NCBI GenBank assembly: GCA_964568755.1
Contig: CAZMRX010000001.1
Span: 1 to 52,808, forward strand
Reading direction: 5' to 3'
Origin: an uncultured Acidobacteriota bacterium
GTDB lineage: Bacteria > Acidobacteriota > Vicinamibacteria > Fen-336
Length of the DNA: 52,808 nt
In this document: piece by piece, positions 8,739 through 16,396 of the stretch
Numbering within the stretch: the stretch's first letter is position 1
How the letters are laid out: each line of letters begins with the position of its first letter
The notes under the pieces: model-generated
What the model was told of the DNA's origin: nothing
Databases searched by the model: none
Seen by the model: the letters and a program-made list of their open reading frames with translations, nothing else
Position numbers and translations under genes: made by a program

Positions 8739-11700
8739 TCAGAACGCGTGGCCCAGGCCGAAGACGAAGCGGCCCTGCGGCTCGCCGGGCTGCCTGTCCA
8801 GGATCCAGGCATACTCGAGCCGCAGCGGTCCGAAGGGGAACATGTAGCGCAGCCCGACCCCGGCGCTGTGGCGCAGGTCCTTCAGGCTCCACTCCCCCGC
8901 CGTGATCCAGGTGTTGCCCGCATCCCAGAAGACGCCGCCCTTCAGGCTCTTGAAGATCGGGAAGCGCAGCTCCTGGTTGAAGACGGCGACGGCCTGGCCG
9001 CCCAGGGAAAGGCCGTCCGGCGACTGCGGGCCGACTGCGTTCTGCTCGAAGCCGCGCACGGTCGTCGGACCGCCGGCGCGAAAGCGGTTCTCGATCAGCA
9101 GCAGCGTGAAATCGCCGGGGACGACGCCCGCGCGGTAGCCCTGCGCCCAGACGAGCGGACCGAGCGGGACGTACGAGAAGAACTGGCCGTAGAGCCGCAC
9201 GTAGTCCACGTCGGAGCCGAGCCAGGTCCGGGCGAACTCGCTGGTCGCGGTCCAGAACACGCCGCGGCGCGGATCGGTCAGGCTGTCGCGCTCGTCGCCG
9301 ATCAGCGCCAGCGGGACGAAGCCGCGGTGCCCGAGCAGCAGCGGCTCGGCGCCCTCGGTCGGGAGGTAGTCGATCGTCTTGTAGGTGTAGCCCCACTGCA
9401 GCCGCAGCCGGTCGTGCCACCGGCGGCCGCGCCGGTCGCGCAGCAGCGCCCGCGACTGCAGCAAGGACACGCCTCGCACGCGTGTGTCCAGGCCTTCGAT
9501 GTCGATCAGGTCGTCGTCGTCGTCGAACACGACCAGCTGCGTGCGCACGCGCAGGCCCGCGAGCGTCGGCGCGTCGAGCGTGACGCCCCAGGTGGTCCGG
9601 CTCGTGGTGGCGAAGGCGTGGGCGCGCACGTTCACGCCCCAGCCGAAGGGGCTGTTGAGCTCGACGGCGGCCGCGGCCGCGATCTCGCCGCCTTGCGTCG
9701 TGGAAGCCGCCGCGTCCGCGCCGGACGAGCCGGACGAGCCCGCGGTCGTGTAGCGCAGCCCGTACTCCAGCTGCACGTCGGGCTTGTGGACGAGGCCGAC
9801 CACGACGTCGCGCAGCGCGTCGTTCCCGGGGCGGGGCTCCGAGCGCACGTCCACCGAGCGGAAGATGCCGGTGTCCGACAGCCGCTCGCGCGTCTCGGCG
9901 ATCGGCCCGGGCTTGAGATAGTCACCCTCGCGCAGCTGCAGCGAGCGGCGGACGACACCGTCCCGGGTGTTGCCCGTGTCCACCACGCTGATCGAGCCGA
10001 TGCGGGGTCGCGGGCCGGGATCGACCTGGAAGCGCACGCTCACGCTCGTGCCGCGGGCCTCGATCGTGCCGCTCGCCTGCGCCTCGACGAAGCCCTGGGC
10101 GCGGTACCACGCGCCGAGCGCGTCGCGGTCGGCCACGTAGGCGGCGAGGTCGAACGGCTGCCCCTCGCGAAGCTTCAGCGCCGGCGGCGAGGCGTCGAGC
10201 TCGGTCGTCTCCGCCGGCAGCTCGATCTTCGCGATCGTGGCGGCCGAGCGCTCGCGCACCGGGATCGTCACGCTGAGCGTACCGGTGGCCGGGTCGAACG
10301 CCGACTTCGGGGTCGTGACGCGCGCGCGCAGGTGGCCGATCCCCGCGTAGGCGAGCCGAACCGCGTTGCCGATGCGCGCGCTGCGCGGGTCGAGCGCCTC
10401 GAAGAACTCCAGGCTGCCCGGCCGCGGCAGCGCCGCGAGCAGCGCCGCGTCGGAGAGCGCGCTGTTGCCGTCGAAGTCGACCGCCACGCGCGTGCCCTTG
10501 GCGCCTCGCGCGACGCGCAGCCCGATGTCGACTCGGCCCTCGGCCGTCGTGGCCTGGGGAGTCACGCTCGCGCCGTAGTAGCCTTCGGCCTGCAGGCGGT
10601 GCAGCGCGACGCGCGCGACCTGCGCGGCGGCCGCTTCCGGCGACAGGTAGCCCGAGAACGCCTTCTGGGCCTCCTTCTTCGTCTTGCCGCCCGGGTCGTC
10701 GCCGCTCCAGGCGATCCGCACCAGCGGGCCCGCCTCGACGCGCAGCACCAGCTCCACGCCGCCCTTGGCGGGAAGCGACGTCGCGTCGACGCTGGCTGAG
10801 AGGTGGCCGGCGCGGGCGAGCCGCTCGCGCACCCGGTCCGCCGCCTGCTCGCGCTGCAGCACGCTGTAGCGCCTGCGCAGCTTGAGCTTCGTGGCGCCGC
10901 GCAGCTCCTGCTCCGCGACGGGCAGCTCGCCTTCGAAGCGCAGCGCCGCGAGCCGCTCGATCTCGCGCGCGCCGCGGGCGCGGCTCCGCCGGTTCCACAG
11001 GTCGAAGGAGACACGGTCGCTGCCCTCGATCGAGAAGCTGTTGTCGTCCTCGGTGATCCCGCGGACGCGGAAGCGGCCGCCGCCGGGGTTGAGCTCGACG
11101 ATCCAGCGCTGCTCGGTGCCATCGAGCGCCGTCGAGTAGAAGACCGACAGGTTCTGGTTGACGCGCGTGCCGATGTTGAAGCGCTGGGTCGGGTCGGTGT
11201 CATTCGTGAGCAGCGAGCGGTCCGGGGCCACGTCGATCAGGATCGTCTCGCCCACGCCCTTCTGCAGCATGCCGCCGACGGCCACCGCCAGCTGCTCCGC
11301 TACGACGGCGCCGCCCTGCGAGGCCGTGTCCGCCGCCGTGCGGCCCCAGAGCAGCAGCGTGACGAGGTCCGTCTCCGACAGGTCCGTGCGGTCGGAAGCG
11401 ATCGTGAGCTCGAGGTCGTCGAGCGCCCCACGCGCGCGGATGTCCAGGTTCGTCCCGCTCACCCGCGACTGCCCCTGGAAGTCGAGCTCGGGGGTGCGCG
11501 CCGGGTAGCCGTTGAGCTCGACGCGACCCTGGGCCACCCGCACCCGGCCGCGCCCGAGCACGAGCTCGCCGCCCTCGCGCAGCGCGAGCGTCCCCTCCGC
11601 GACCGGCTGGGCCAGCGTGCCGGAGGCGACGAACGCCCCTTCCACGTCCACGGTCATCGTCGCGTTGCGGATCCGCACCGGCTCGACCAGCCGCAAGTTC

Positions 11701-13187
11701 ACCCCGAGCGCGACCTGGTCGGCGAGCGATCCGCCGTCGAGCGCGCCGAGCTGCCAGTCGAGGCGGTCGAGCGACTGGCTCTTCGCGTCGAACTCCGCGG
11801 TGTAGTAGCCCTGGGCGAGTGCGACGTCGCCCGCCAGCCGGTAGCGGCCCTCCTCCCCCGTGAGCTTCAGGCTTCCCGTCGCACGGCCGCGGAAGCCGGG
11901 CGGGTGCTGGATCGGAACGCGCTCGGCCTCGAGCGTCACCTCGACCGTGCCGAGGAGCCCGCGCCCGAGGCGCGAGCCGCCCCGGGCCGTGATCCGCCCG
12001 TCGCCCGCGGCGCCGCTCGCGTCGAGGCTGACGCGGTCGCCCTCGAAGCGGAGTGAGCCCGCAATCTCGGTAGCCGCGAAGTTGAGCGTCTCGAGCGACA
12101 GGCGCGCGTGCTCCACCTGGACGCCGCCCGAGAGGCGCCACGCGTCCCCTTCGTAGCTCGCGCGCGCGTCGAGCGTAGCGGGGCCGGCGACGCTGGTCTC
12201 GGGAAGAAAGGGGCTGAGCGCCCGCAGGTCCACACGCCCCTCGAGGCTGGCCTCGCCGCGCGGCGCACCCTCGCCGACGCGACCCCCGACGCGAGCCGCG
12301 AGCGAGCCGAGCGAGCCCTGGAGCCGCACGGGCTCGAGCGTGAGCGTGCCGCGCTCGAGCGACCAGGCCACCGGGGCGGCGAGCGCGAGATCGCCCTCGA
12401 CCGAGCGCGTCTCGAGGCGCGTCAGGCGGCCGCCCGCCGAGAGCGCCGCGAGCGAGGGCGCGGCGGCCTGCAGCTCGCCCTCGAGCGACAGCAGGAGCGT
12501 GGGCGAGTCGGCCGCCTCGCGCTGCTCGCGGTCGAGGAGTCGCGCGAGGTCGACGTCCTGCATCTCGAACCGGAAGCGCGGCGACTCGCCTTTGCCGCCC
12601 GCGAACAGCGGCACGCCGCCGCTGGCGCTCAGCTTTCCGCCGAGCAGGTTGGCCTGCAGCCGCTCGACGCGCAGCTCGCGGCCCGCGAAGCTCGCGTCGA
12701 CGTCGAGGTCGTTCCAGCGGACACCCTCGTGGCGCCCGCGGATGTCCGCCAGCACCAGGTTGCCCGAGAGCGCCGGCGACTCGAGCGTGCCGCCGACCGC
12801 GAGCTGCAGCTCTCCCGTGCCTCCAAGGGTCCGGCCGGGCAGCGCGGGGTCGAGCGCCGCCATGTCGACGTGGCCCTCGAGCTGGAGGTCGAACGGGCTC
12901 GCCGCCGCGAGCGCGATCCGGCCGCTCGCCGCGAGCCAGGCCTTTCCGGCCTCGAGCCGGAACCCCTGGATCTCGAGCGCCGCGCGGTCGCCGTGCAGGG
13001 AGAACGGGGCCGTCCGCCACTCGAGTCGGCGCACGCGGCCCGAAGCCGCGAGGTCCGAGCTCGCGTAGCGCAGGCGCCCGGGCTCGCGCAACGGCAGCTC
13101 GACGACGACGGTCCCGCTCGCCTCGAGCGTCACGCGCCTCTCCGGCCCCGTCTGGGGCGCCGTCTCGGGCCCCAGCAGCGCCTGCAA
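8739..13187 (-). CDS. TamB-like C-terminal region (DUF490-type) fused to POTRA repeats and an Omp85/TamA/BamA-like beta-barrel
   Basis: 1482-aa ORF. Residues 1 to about 733 are TamB-like beta-rich repeats ending in a DUF490-like segment (...QRFNIGTRVNQNLSVFYSTALDGTEQRWIVELNPGGGRFRVRGITEDDNSFSIEGSDRVSFDLW). After the linker NRRSRARGARE come POTRA-like units (e.g. RIGSISVVDTGNTRDGVVRRSLQLREGDYL...IFRSVDV). The Omp85 barrel ends ...RAGGPTTVRGF...GVFWDAGNTW...GVGLRYMFPFGPLRLEYAW...FGLGHAF. The frame stays open upstream to 13208 and is in frame with the tamB-like ORF above. The only 'start' is a TTG with no SD. Confidence 0.75.
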   Translation of the reverse strand: MQALLGPETAPQTGPERRVTLEASGTVVVELPLREPGRLRYASSDLAASGRVRRLEWRTAPFSLHGDRAALEIQGFRLEAGKAWLAASGRIALAAASPFDLQLEGHVDMAALDPALPGRTLGGTGELQLAVGGTLESPALSGNLVLADIRGRHEGVRWNDLDVDASFAGRELRVERLQANLLGGKLSASGGVPLFAGGKGESPRFRFEMQDVDLARLLDREQREAADSPTLLLSLEGELQAAAPSLAALSAGGRLTRLETRSVEGDLALAAPVAWSLERGTLTLEPVRLQGSLGSLAARVGGRVGEGAPRGEASLEGRVDLRALSPFLPETSVAGPATLDARASYEGDAWRLSGGVQVEHARLSLETLNFAATEIAGSLRFEGDRVSLDASGAAGDGRITARGGSRLGRGLLGTVEVTLEAERVPIQHPPGFRGRATGSLKLTGEEGRYRLAGDVALAQGYYTAEFDAKSQSLDRLDWQLGALDGGSLADQVALGVNLRLVEPVRIRNATMTVDVEGAFVASGTLAQPVAEGTLALREGGELVLGRGRVRVAQGRVELNGYPARTPELDFQGQSRVSGTNLDIRARGALDDLELTIASDRTDLSETDLVTLLLWGRTAADTASQGGAVVAEQLAVAVGGMLQKGVGETILIDVAPDRSLLTNDTDPTQRFNIGTRVNQNLSVFYSTALDGTEQRWIVELNPGGGRFRVRGITEDDNSFSIEGSDRVSFDLWNRRSRARGAREIERLAALRFEGELPVAEQELRGATKLKLRRRYSVLQREQAADRVRERLARAGHLSASVDATSLPAKGGVELVLRVEAGPLVRIAWSGDDPGGKTKKEAQKAFSGYLSPEAAAAQVARVALHRLQAEGYYGASVTPQATTAEGRVDIGLRVARGAKGTRVAVDFDGNSALSDAALLAALPRPGSLEFFEALDPRSARIGNAVRLAYAGIGHLRARVTTPKSAFDPATGTLSVTIPVRERSAATIAKIELPAETTELDASPPALKLREGQPFDLAAYVADRDALGAWYRAQGFVEAQASGTIEARGTSVSVRFQVDPGPRPRIGSISVVDTGNTRDGVVRRSLQLREGDYLKPGPIAETRERLSDTGIFRSVDVRSEPRPGNDALRDVVVGLVHKPDVQLEYGLRYTTAGSSGSSGADAAASTTQGGEIAAAAAVELNSPFGWGVNVRAHAFATTSRTTWGVTLDAPTLAGLRVRTQLVVFDDDDDLIDIEGLDTRVRGVSLLQSRALLRDRRGRRWHDRLRLQWGYTYKTIDYLPTEGAEPLLLGHRGFVPLALIGDERDSLTDPRRGVFWTATSEFARTWLGSDVDYVRLYGQFFSYVPLGPLVWAQGYRAGVVPGDFTLLLIENRFRAGGPTTVRGFEQNAVGPQSPDGLSLGGQAVAVFNQELRFPIFKSLKGGVFWDAGNTWITAGEWSLKDLRHSAGVGLRYMFPFGPLRLEYAWILDRQPGEPQGRFVFGLGHAF

Positions 13188-13208
13188 CGGCAGCGCCCAG
13201 GCGTCGAT

Positions 13209-13211
13209 CTA
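13209..13211 (-). other. Single in-frame TAG separating the two halves of the TamB-like reading frame
   Basis: ORF ends 15506 and 13187 are congruent modulo 3. Translation reads ...EGDWPLRL*IDAWALPLQALLGPE..., with the same beta-repeat character on both sides. Confidence 0.9.
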
Positions 13212-15506
13212 GAGCCGGAGCGGCCAGTCGCCTTCGAGCGCGGCGCTGCCCTGCAGGAAAGGCGTCGGGCCGCTGCCGGTGAGCTTCAGCTGGCGTCCGT
13301 CGGAACGCCCGGTCACCGAGAGCGCCGGCAGCGGCGCGCCGTCGAAGGCCGCGTCGGCGAGCGTCAGCTGCAGGTCGCCCGCGGGCGAGGCCGTGGTGCC
13401 GGAGAGCGCCAGCCGGCCCGCGAGCGTCCCCGTCACTCGTCGGGTGGCCGCCGGCACGAGCGGCAGCCTCTCCCAGGCGAGGCCGCTCGCCTCGAGCATC
13501 CCCTCGAGCGCCCCCGAGCTCGGCTCGTAACGGCCGGTCCCGGTGATGCGCCCGCCGGCGAGGTCGGCCTGCAGCCGCTCCACCCGGACGTGGCTCCCCG
13601 CGCTCGTAGCTTCCAGCTCGAGAGCCACTTCGTCCTCGGCGCGTTCGGGGCCGGCCTCCGGGCGTCGCAGGCGCGCGGTCGCGCGCAGCGAGGCGCCGCC
13701 CACGGGCTCGTCGCGCGGCCCGCTGACTCGGATCGTGCCCGTGGCCGGGCCGGCCCCTTCGAGATCGAGGAGCGCCAGGGCCGGCTCCAGCTCGAGGGCG
13801 TCGATCTCGCCGGCGAGGTCCCACTCGCCGCCGGGAGCGAGCGGGACGCCCCCGGTGAGTGTCGCCTGTCCGCCGCCCGAGCGCAGGACGAGCGGAGCCA
13901 CCGAGAGGCGGCGCTCCTCGTAGCGCAGCTCGGCGTCGAGGCCGAGCGGACGGCCGCGCAGGGCGAGCTCCTGCCCGCGCACGCGCGCCTGCGCGCGCGG
14001 CTCCGACGCGCGACCCGAGACCTCGCCTTCGGCCAGCAGGCGGCCCGCGATCTCGGGCACGTGCGCGGGCTGACCGACGTCTGCCAGCAACTCCGGCAAC
14101 GCCTGAATCGGCAGGTCGGCGGTGAACCGGCCCACGACCTCCCCCGAGGCGGCAAGCTCGGCCTCGCCGCCCAGCCGGGCGCCGCGCGCCTCGACGCGCG
14201 CGTCCCGAAGCGTGAGTGAGAGGCCGCGCGTCCTCACGCTGGCGGATCCCGTCGGCTTGAGGCCGGCTCCCTCACCGGCCTCCAGCGTCAGCTGGCCCTC
14301 GCCGCGCGCCGCGCCGATGTCCCAGCCCGCGGTCGTCCAGTGCAGCGTGCCGCTCGCCCGCGCCGCGAGCGGCAGCTCGGCCCCCGACGCCGCTCGCGCG
14401 AGCGCCGCAGGATCGAGCCCGAGCGCGCGCACGCGCAGATCGGTGGTCACCGAGGCGATGAGCGCCAGCGGTCCCTCCGCCTCGAGCCGACCGCCGAAGC
14501 CGCGCGCCGTGAACGAATCCACGACCAGCCGCGCCCCATCGAAGCGGCCGCGGCCGGCCGCGATCCAGGGCCCGACTCCCGCGACCGTCAACGCGGGCGC
14601 CGAGGCGTCGAGCGTGCCGGTCAAGCGGTCGTCGTCGACCGCGATGGCCGCTGTCGCCTGCACGCGGCCGCGCAGGTCGCTCTCCGGCGAGAGTTGTCGA
14701 ACGAGCGCGTCGTCGACGTCGGCCCGGGCCTGTGCCGTAACGGTCATCGGCAGGATCCGCTGCAGGCGCCCGCCGAGCTCGACGCTCGAAGCGCCGGCGA
14801 CCACGCGGGCCTGCTCGACCGCGAGCGCGCCCCCGTCGAGCGAGATCACGGCAGAGGCGCTCGCCGGCGTGACGCGCAGCCCGCCTTCGGGCCAGCCGAG
14901 CCCGGCGTCGGCGATGCGGATTGTCGTGCGGCGGCTCGCGCCCGCCATCTCGAGATCGAAGCGTCCCAGCACGAGCCAGGGCGCGCCCTTCGCGTCGCGC
15001 AGCTCGAGCCGGCCCTCGATCAAACCGGCCCGCTCGAAGCGCTCCAGCACACGCCAGGGCTGGGCCGCCAGGCCGATGGCCGGCCGCCGTCCTGCCTCCG
15101 CCTCGCCGCTGCCGGTCACGACGAGGCTGGGCCGGACGAGCGACAGGTGCGGCCCCGACGCCGGGGACCAGTCGACCGCGACGCGTTGAACGTCGAGGCG
15201 GGTGCCGGGGAGGGTGACGCTCACGGCCGTCGCGGCGGCGCGGCCCTTCCACAGCGCGAGCTCGAGCTGGCCGAGCCGCAGCCTGCCCCCCACCGCGTTC
15301 GAGCCCCACGACTCGACGAAGGCGCGCAGCGCGCCGCGGCCGGGTGGCGTGTGCAGGAACGCGAGCCCGAGCAGCAGCGTCAGGAAGACGACGACCGCGA
15401 GCACGAGGCCCGCACGCAACGCCTGCCGCAGCCGGGAGCGCCGGCGCGGTGCCGGCGCCGAAGGCGCTACGGCTTCGGCCTCCCGGTCGCCGCCCGACTC
15501 GCTCAC
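13209..15506 (-). CDS. tamB: TamB-like translocation/assembly-module protein, N-terminal part (signal-anchor plus beta-rich repeats)
   Basis: 765-aa ORF from GTG 15506. A charged N-terminus is followed by a single TM (LRAGLVLAVVVFLTLLLGLAFL). Then comes the typical TamB N-domain (GRGALRAFVESWGS...GRLRLGQLELALW) and long repeats of the form 'L.L.G...G.L.L' (e.g. GRLELR..., GTLHWT...). It ends at a TAG that is in frame with the downstream ORF. Confidence 0.7.
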   Translation of the reverse strand: MSESGGDREAEAVAPSAPAPRRRSRLRQALRAGLVLAVVVFLTLLLGLAFLHTPPGRGALRAFVESWGSNAVGGRLRLGQLELALWKGRAAATAVSVTLPGTRLDVQRVAVDWSPASGPHLSLVRPSLVVTGSGEAEAGRRPAIGLAAQPWRVLERFERAGLIEGRLELRDAKGAPWLVLGRFDLEMAGASRRTTIRIADAGLGWPEGGLRVTPASASAVISLDGGALAVEQARVVAGASSVELGGRLQRILPMTVTAQARADVDDALVRQLSPESDLRGRVQATAAIAVDDDRLTGTLDASAPALTVAGVGPWIAAGRGRFDGARLVVDSFTARGFGGRLEAEGPLALIASVTTDLRVRALGLDPAALARAASGAELPLAARASGTLHWTTAGWDIGAARGEGQLTLEAGEGAGLKPTGSASVRTRGLSLTLRDARVEARGARLGGEAELAASGEVVGRFTADLPIQALPELLADVGQPAHVPEIAGRLLAEGEVSGRASEPRAQARVRGQELALRGRPLGLDAELRYEERRLSVAPLVLRSGGGQATLTGGVPLAPGGEWDLAGEIDALELEPALALLDLEGAGPATGTIRVSGPRDEPVGGASLRATARLRRPEAGPERAEDEVALELEATSAGSHVRVERLQADLAGGRITGTGRYEPSSGALEGMLEASGLAWERLPLVPAATRRVTGTLAGRLALSGTTASPAGDLQLTLADAAFDGAPLPALSVTGRSDGRQLKLTGSGPTPFLQGSAALEGDWPLRL

Positions 15507-15512
15507 CTCCTG

Positions 15513-15518
15513 ATTCTA
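15513..15518 (-). promoter_or_regulatory. -10-like hexamer TAGAAT (TAGAATCAG), 6 nt before the tamB-like GTG
   Basis: The minus strand reads CTTAGAATCAGGAGGTGAGC. The hexamer ends 6 nt before GTG 15506, which suggests a leaderless or near-leaderless mRNA. Same 9-mer as at 7441 and 33217. Confidence 0.45.
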
Positions 15519-15547
15519 AGCGAGCGGCACATCGGCTACCCTCGGGC

Positions 15548-16345
15548 ATGGCCGAGGTCGCGCTCGTGGGCGTGCCGTGGGACGAGCACTCGTCATTCCT
15601 CCGGGGCGCGGCAGGCGCCCCGGTTCTGATCCGGACGGCGATGCGCTCGCCTTCGTCGAATCTCTCGACCGAGTCCGGCTTGGACCTCGCCACGGACGCG
15701 CGCTTCCGGGACGCCGGCGACCTCGAGATCCCGGCCGGCGCCGCGGCCCTGTCGGCCATCGAGCGCGGCATCGCGACGCTCGCGGCAACGGGCGCGCGCT
15801 TGCTCGCGCTCGGCGGCGACCACGCGATCAGCTACCCGGTCGTGCGCGCGCAGGCGGCCCGCCACCCGGGCCTCACGCTGGTGCATTTCGACGCGCATCC
15901 CGATCTCTACGACGAGTTCGAGGGCGACCGGCTGTCGCACGCCTGCCCGTTCGCCCGGATCATGGAGGAGAAGCTCGCGAGCCGGCTGGTGCAGATCGGC
16001 ATCCGCACGCTCAACGCGCCGCAACGGACCCAGGTCGCGCGCTTCGGCGTCGAGGTCGTGGAGATGAAGGACTTCCGGCCCGACCTGGTCGTGGAGGCCG
16101 CCGGCCCCGTCTACGTCTCGGTCGACCTCGACGGCCTCGACCCGGCCTTCGCCCCCGGCGTCTCGCACCCGGAGCCGGGCGGGCTCTCGACGCGCGACGT
16201 GATCGGCGTGATCCAGCGCCTGCGCGGCCGCGTCGTCGGCGCGGACGTCGTGGAGCTCAATCCAACGCGCGACGCGGGAGGACTCACCGCCGCAGTGGCA
16301 GCCAAGCTCGCGAAGGAGCTGGCCGCGCGCATGCTCGACGACTAG
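15548..16345 (+). CDS. speB: Agmatinase / ureohydrolase (arginase family)
   Basis: 265 aa from ATG 15548. Mn-ligand motifs of the arginase fold are present: GGDHAISYP, HFDAHPDLY, SVDLDGLDPAFAPG and ELNP. Confidence 0.8.
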   Translation: MAEVALVGVPWDEHSSFLRGAAGAPVLIRTAMRSPSSNLSTESGLDLATDARFRDAGDLEIPAGAAALSAIERGIATLAATGARLLALGGDHAISYPVVRAQAARHPGLTLVHFDAHPDLYDEFEGDRLSHACPFARIMEEKLASRLVQIGIRTLNAPQRTQVARFGVEVVEMKDFRPDLVVEAAGPVYVSVDLDGLDPAFAPGVSHPEPGGLSTRDVIGVIQRLRGRVVGADVVELNPTRDAGGLTAAVAAKLAKELAARMLDD

Positions 16346-16396
16346 CGAGCGCCCGTTGCCGGGGGGCGCGCGCTGGCGTAGGCTACCCTCCCTCCG

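Noticed and set aside
13209-13211. Pyrrolysine or other programmed recoding of the in-frame TAG
   Set aside because: No pyl genes or recoding signals are visible in the window, and the lineage is an unlikely Pyl user. A sequencing error or a recent nonsense mutation is more parsimonious. It is kept only as a low-probability option in the finding.
8688-14219. Several 400-700-aa plus-strand ORFs (8688-10799, 10803-12056, 12108-14219) opposite the TamB/Omp85 frame
   Set aside because: Their products are Arg/Ala/Gly/Glu-rich shadow sequences. The minus-strand frame has a canonical Omp85 C-terminus and POTRA/TamB-like features.
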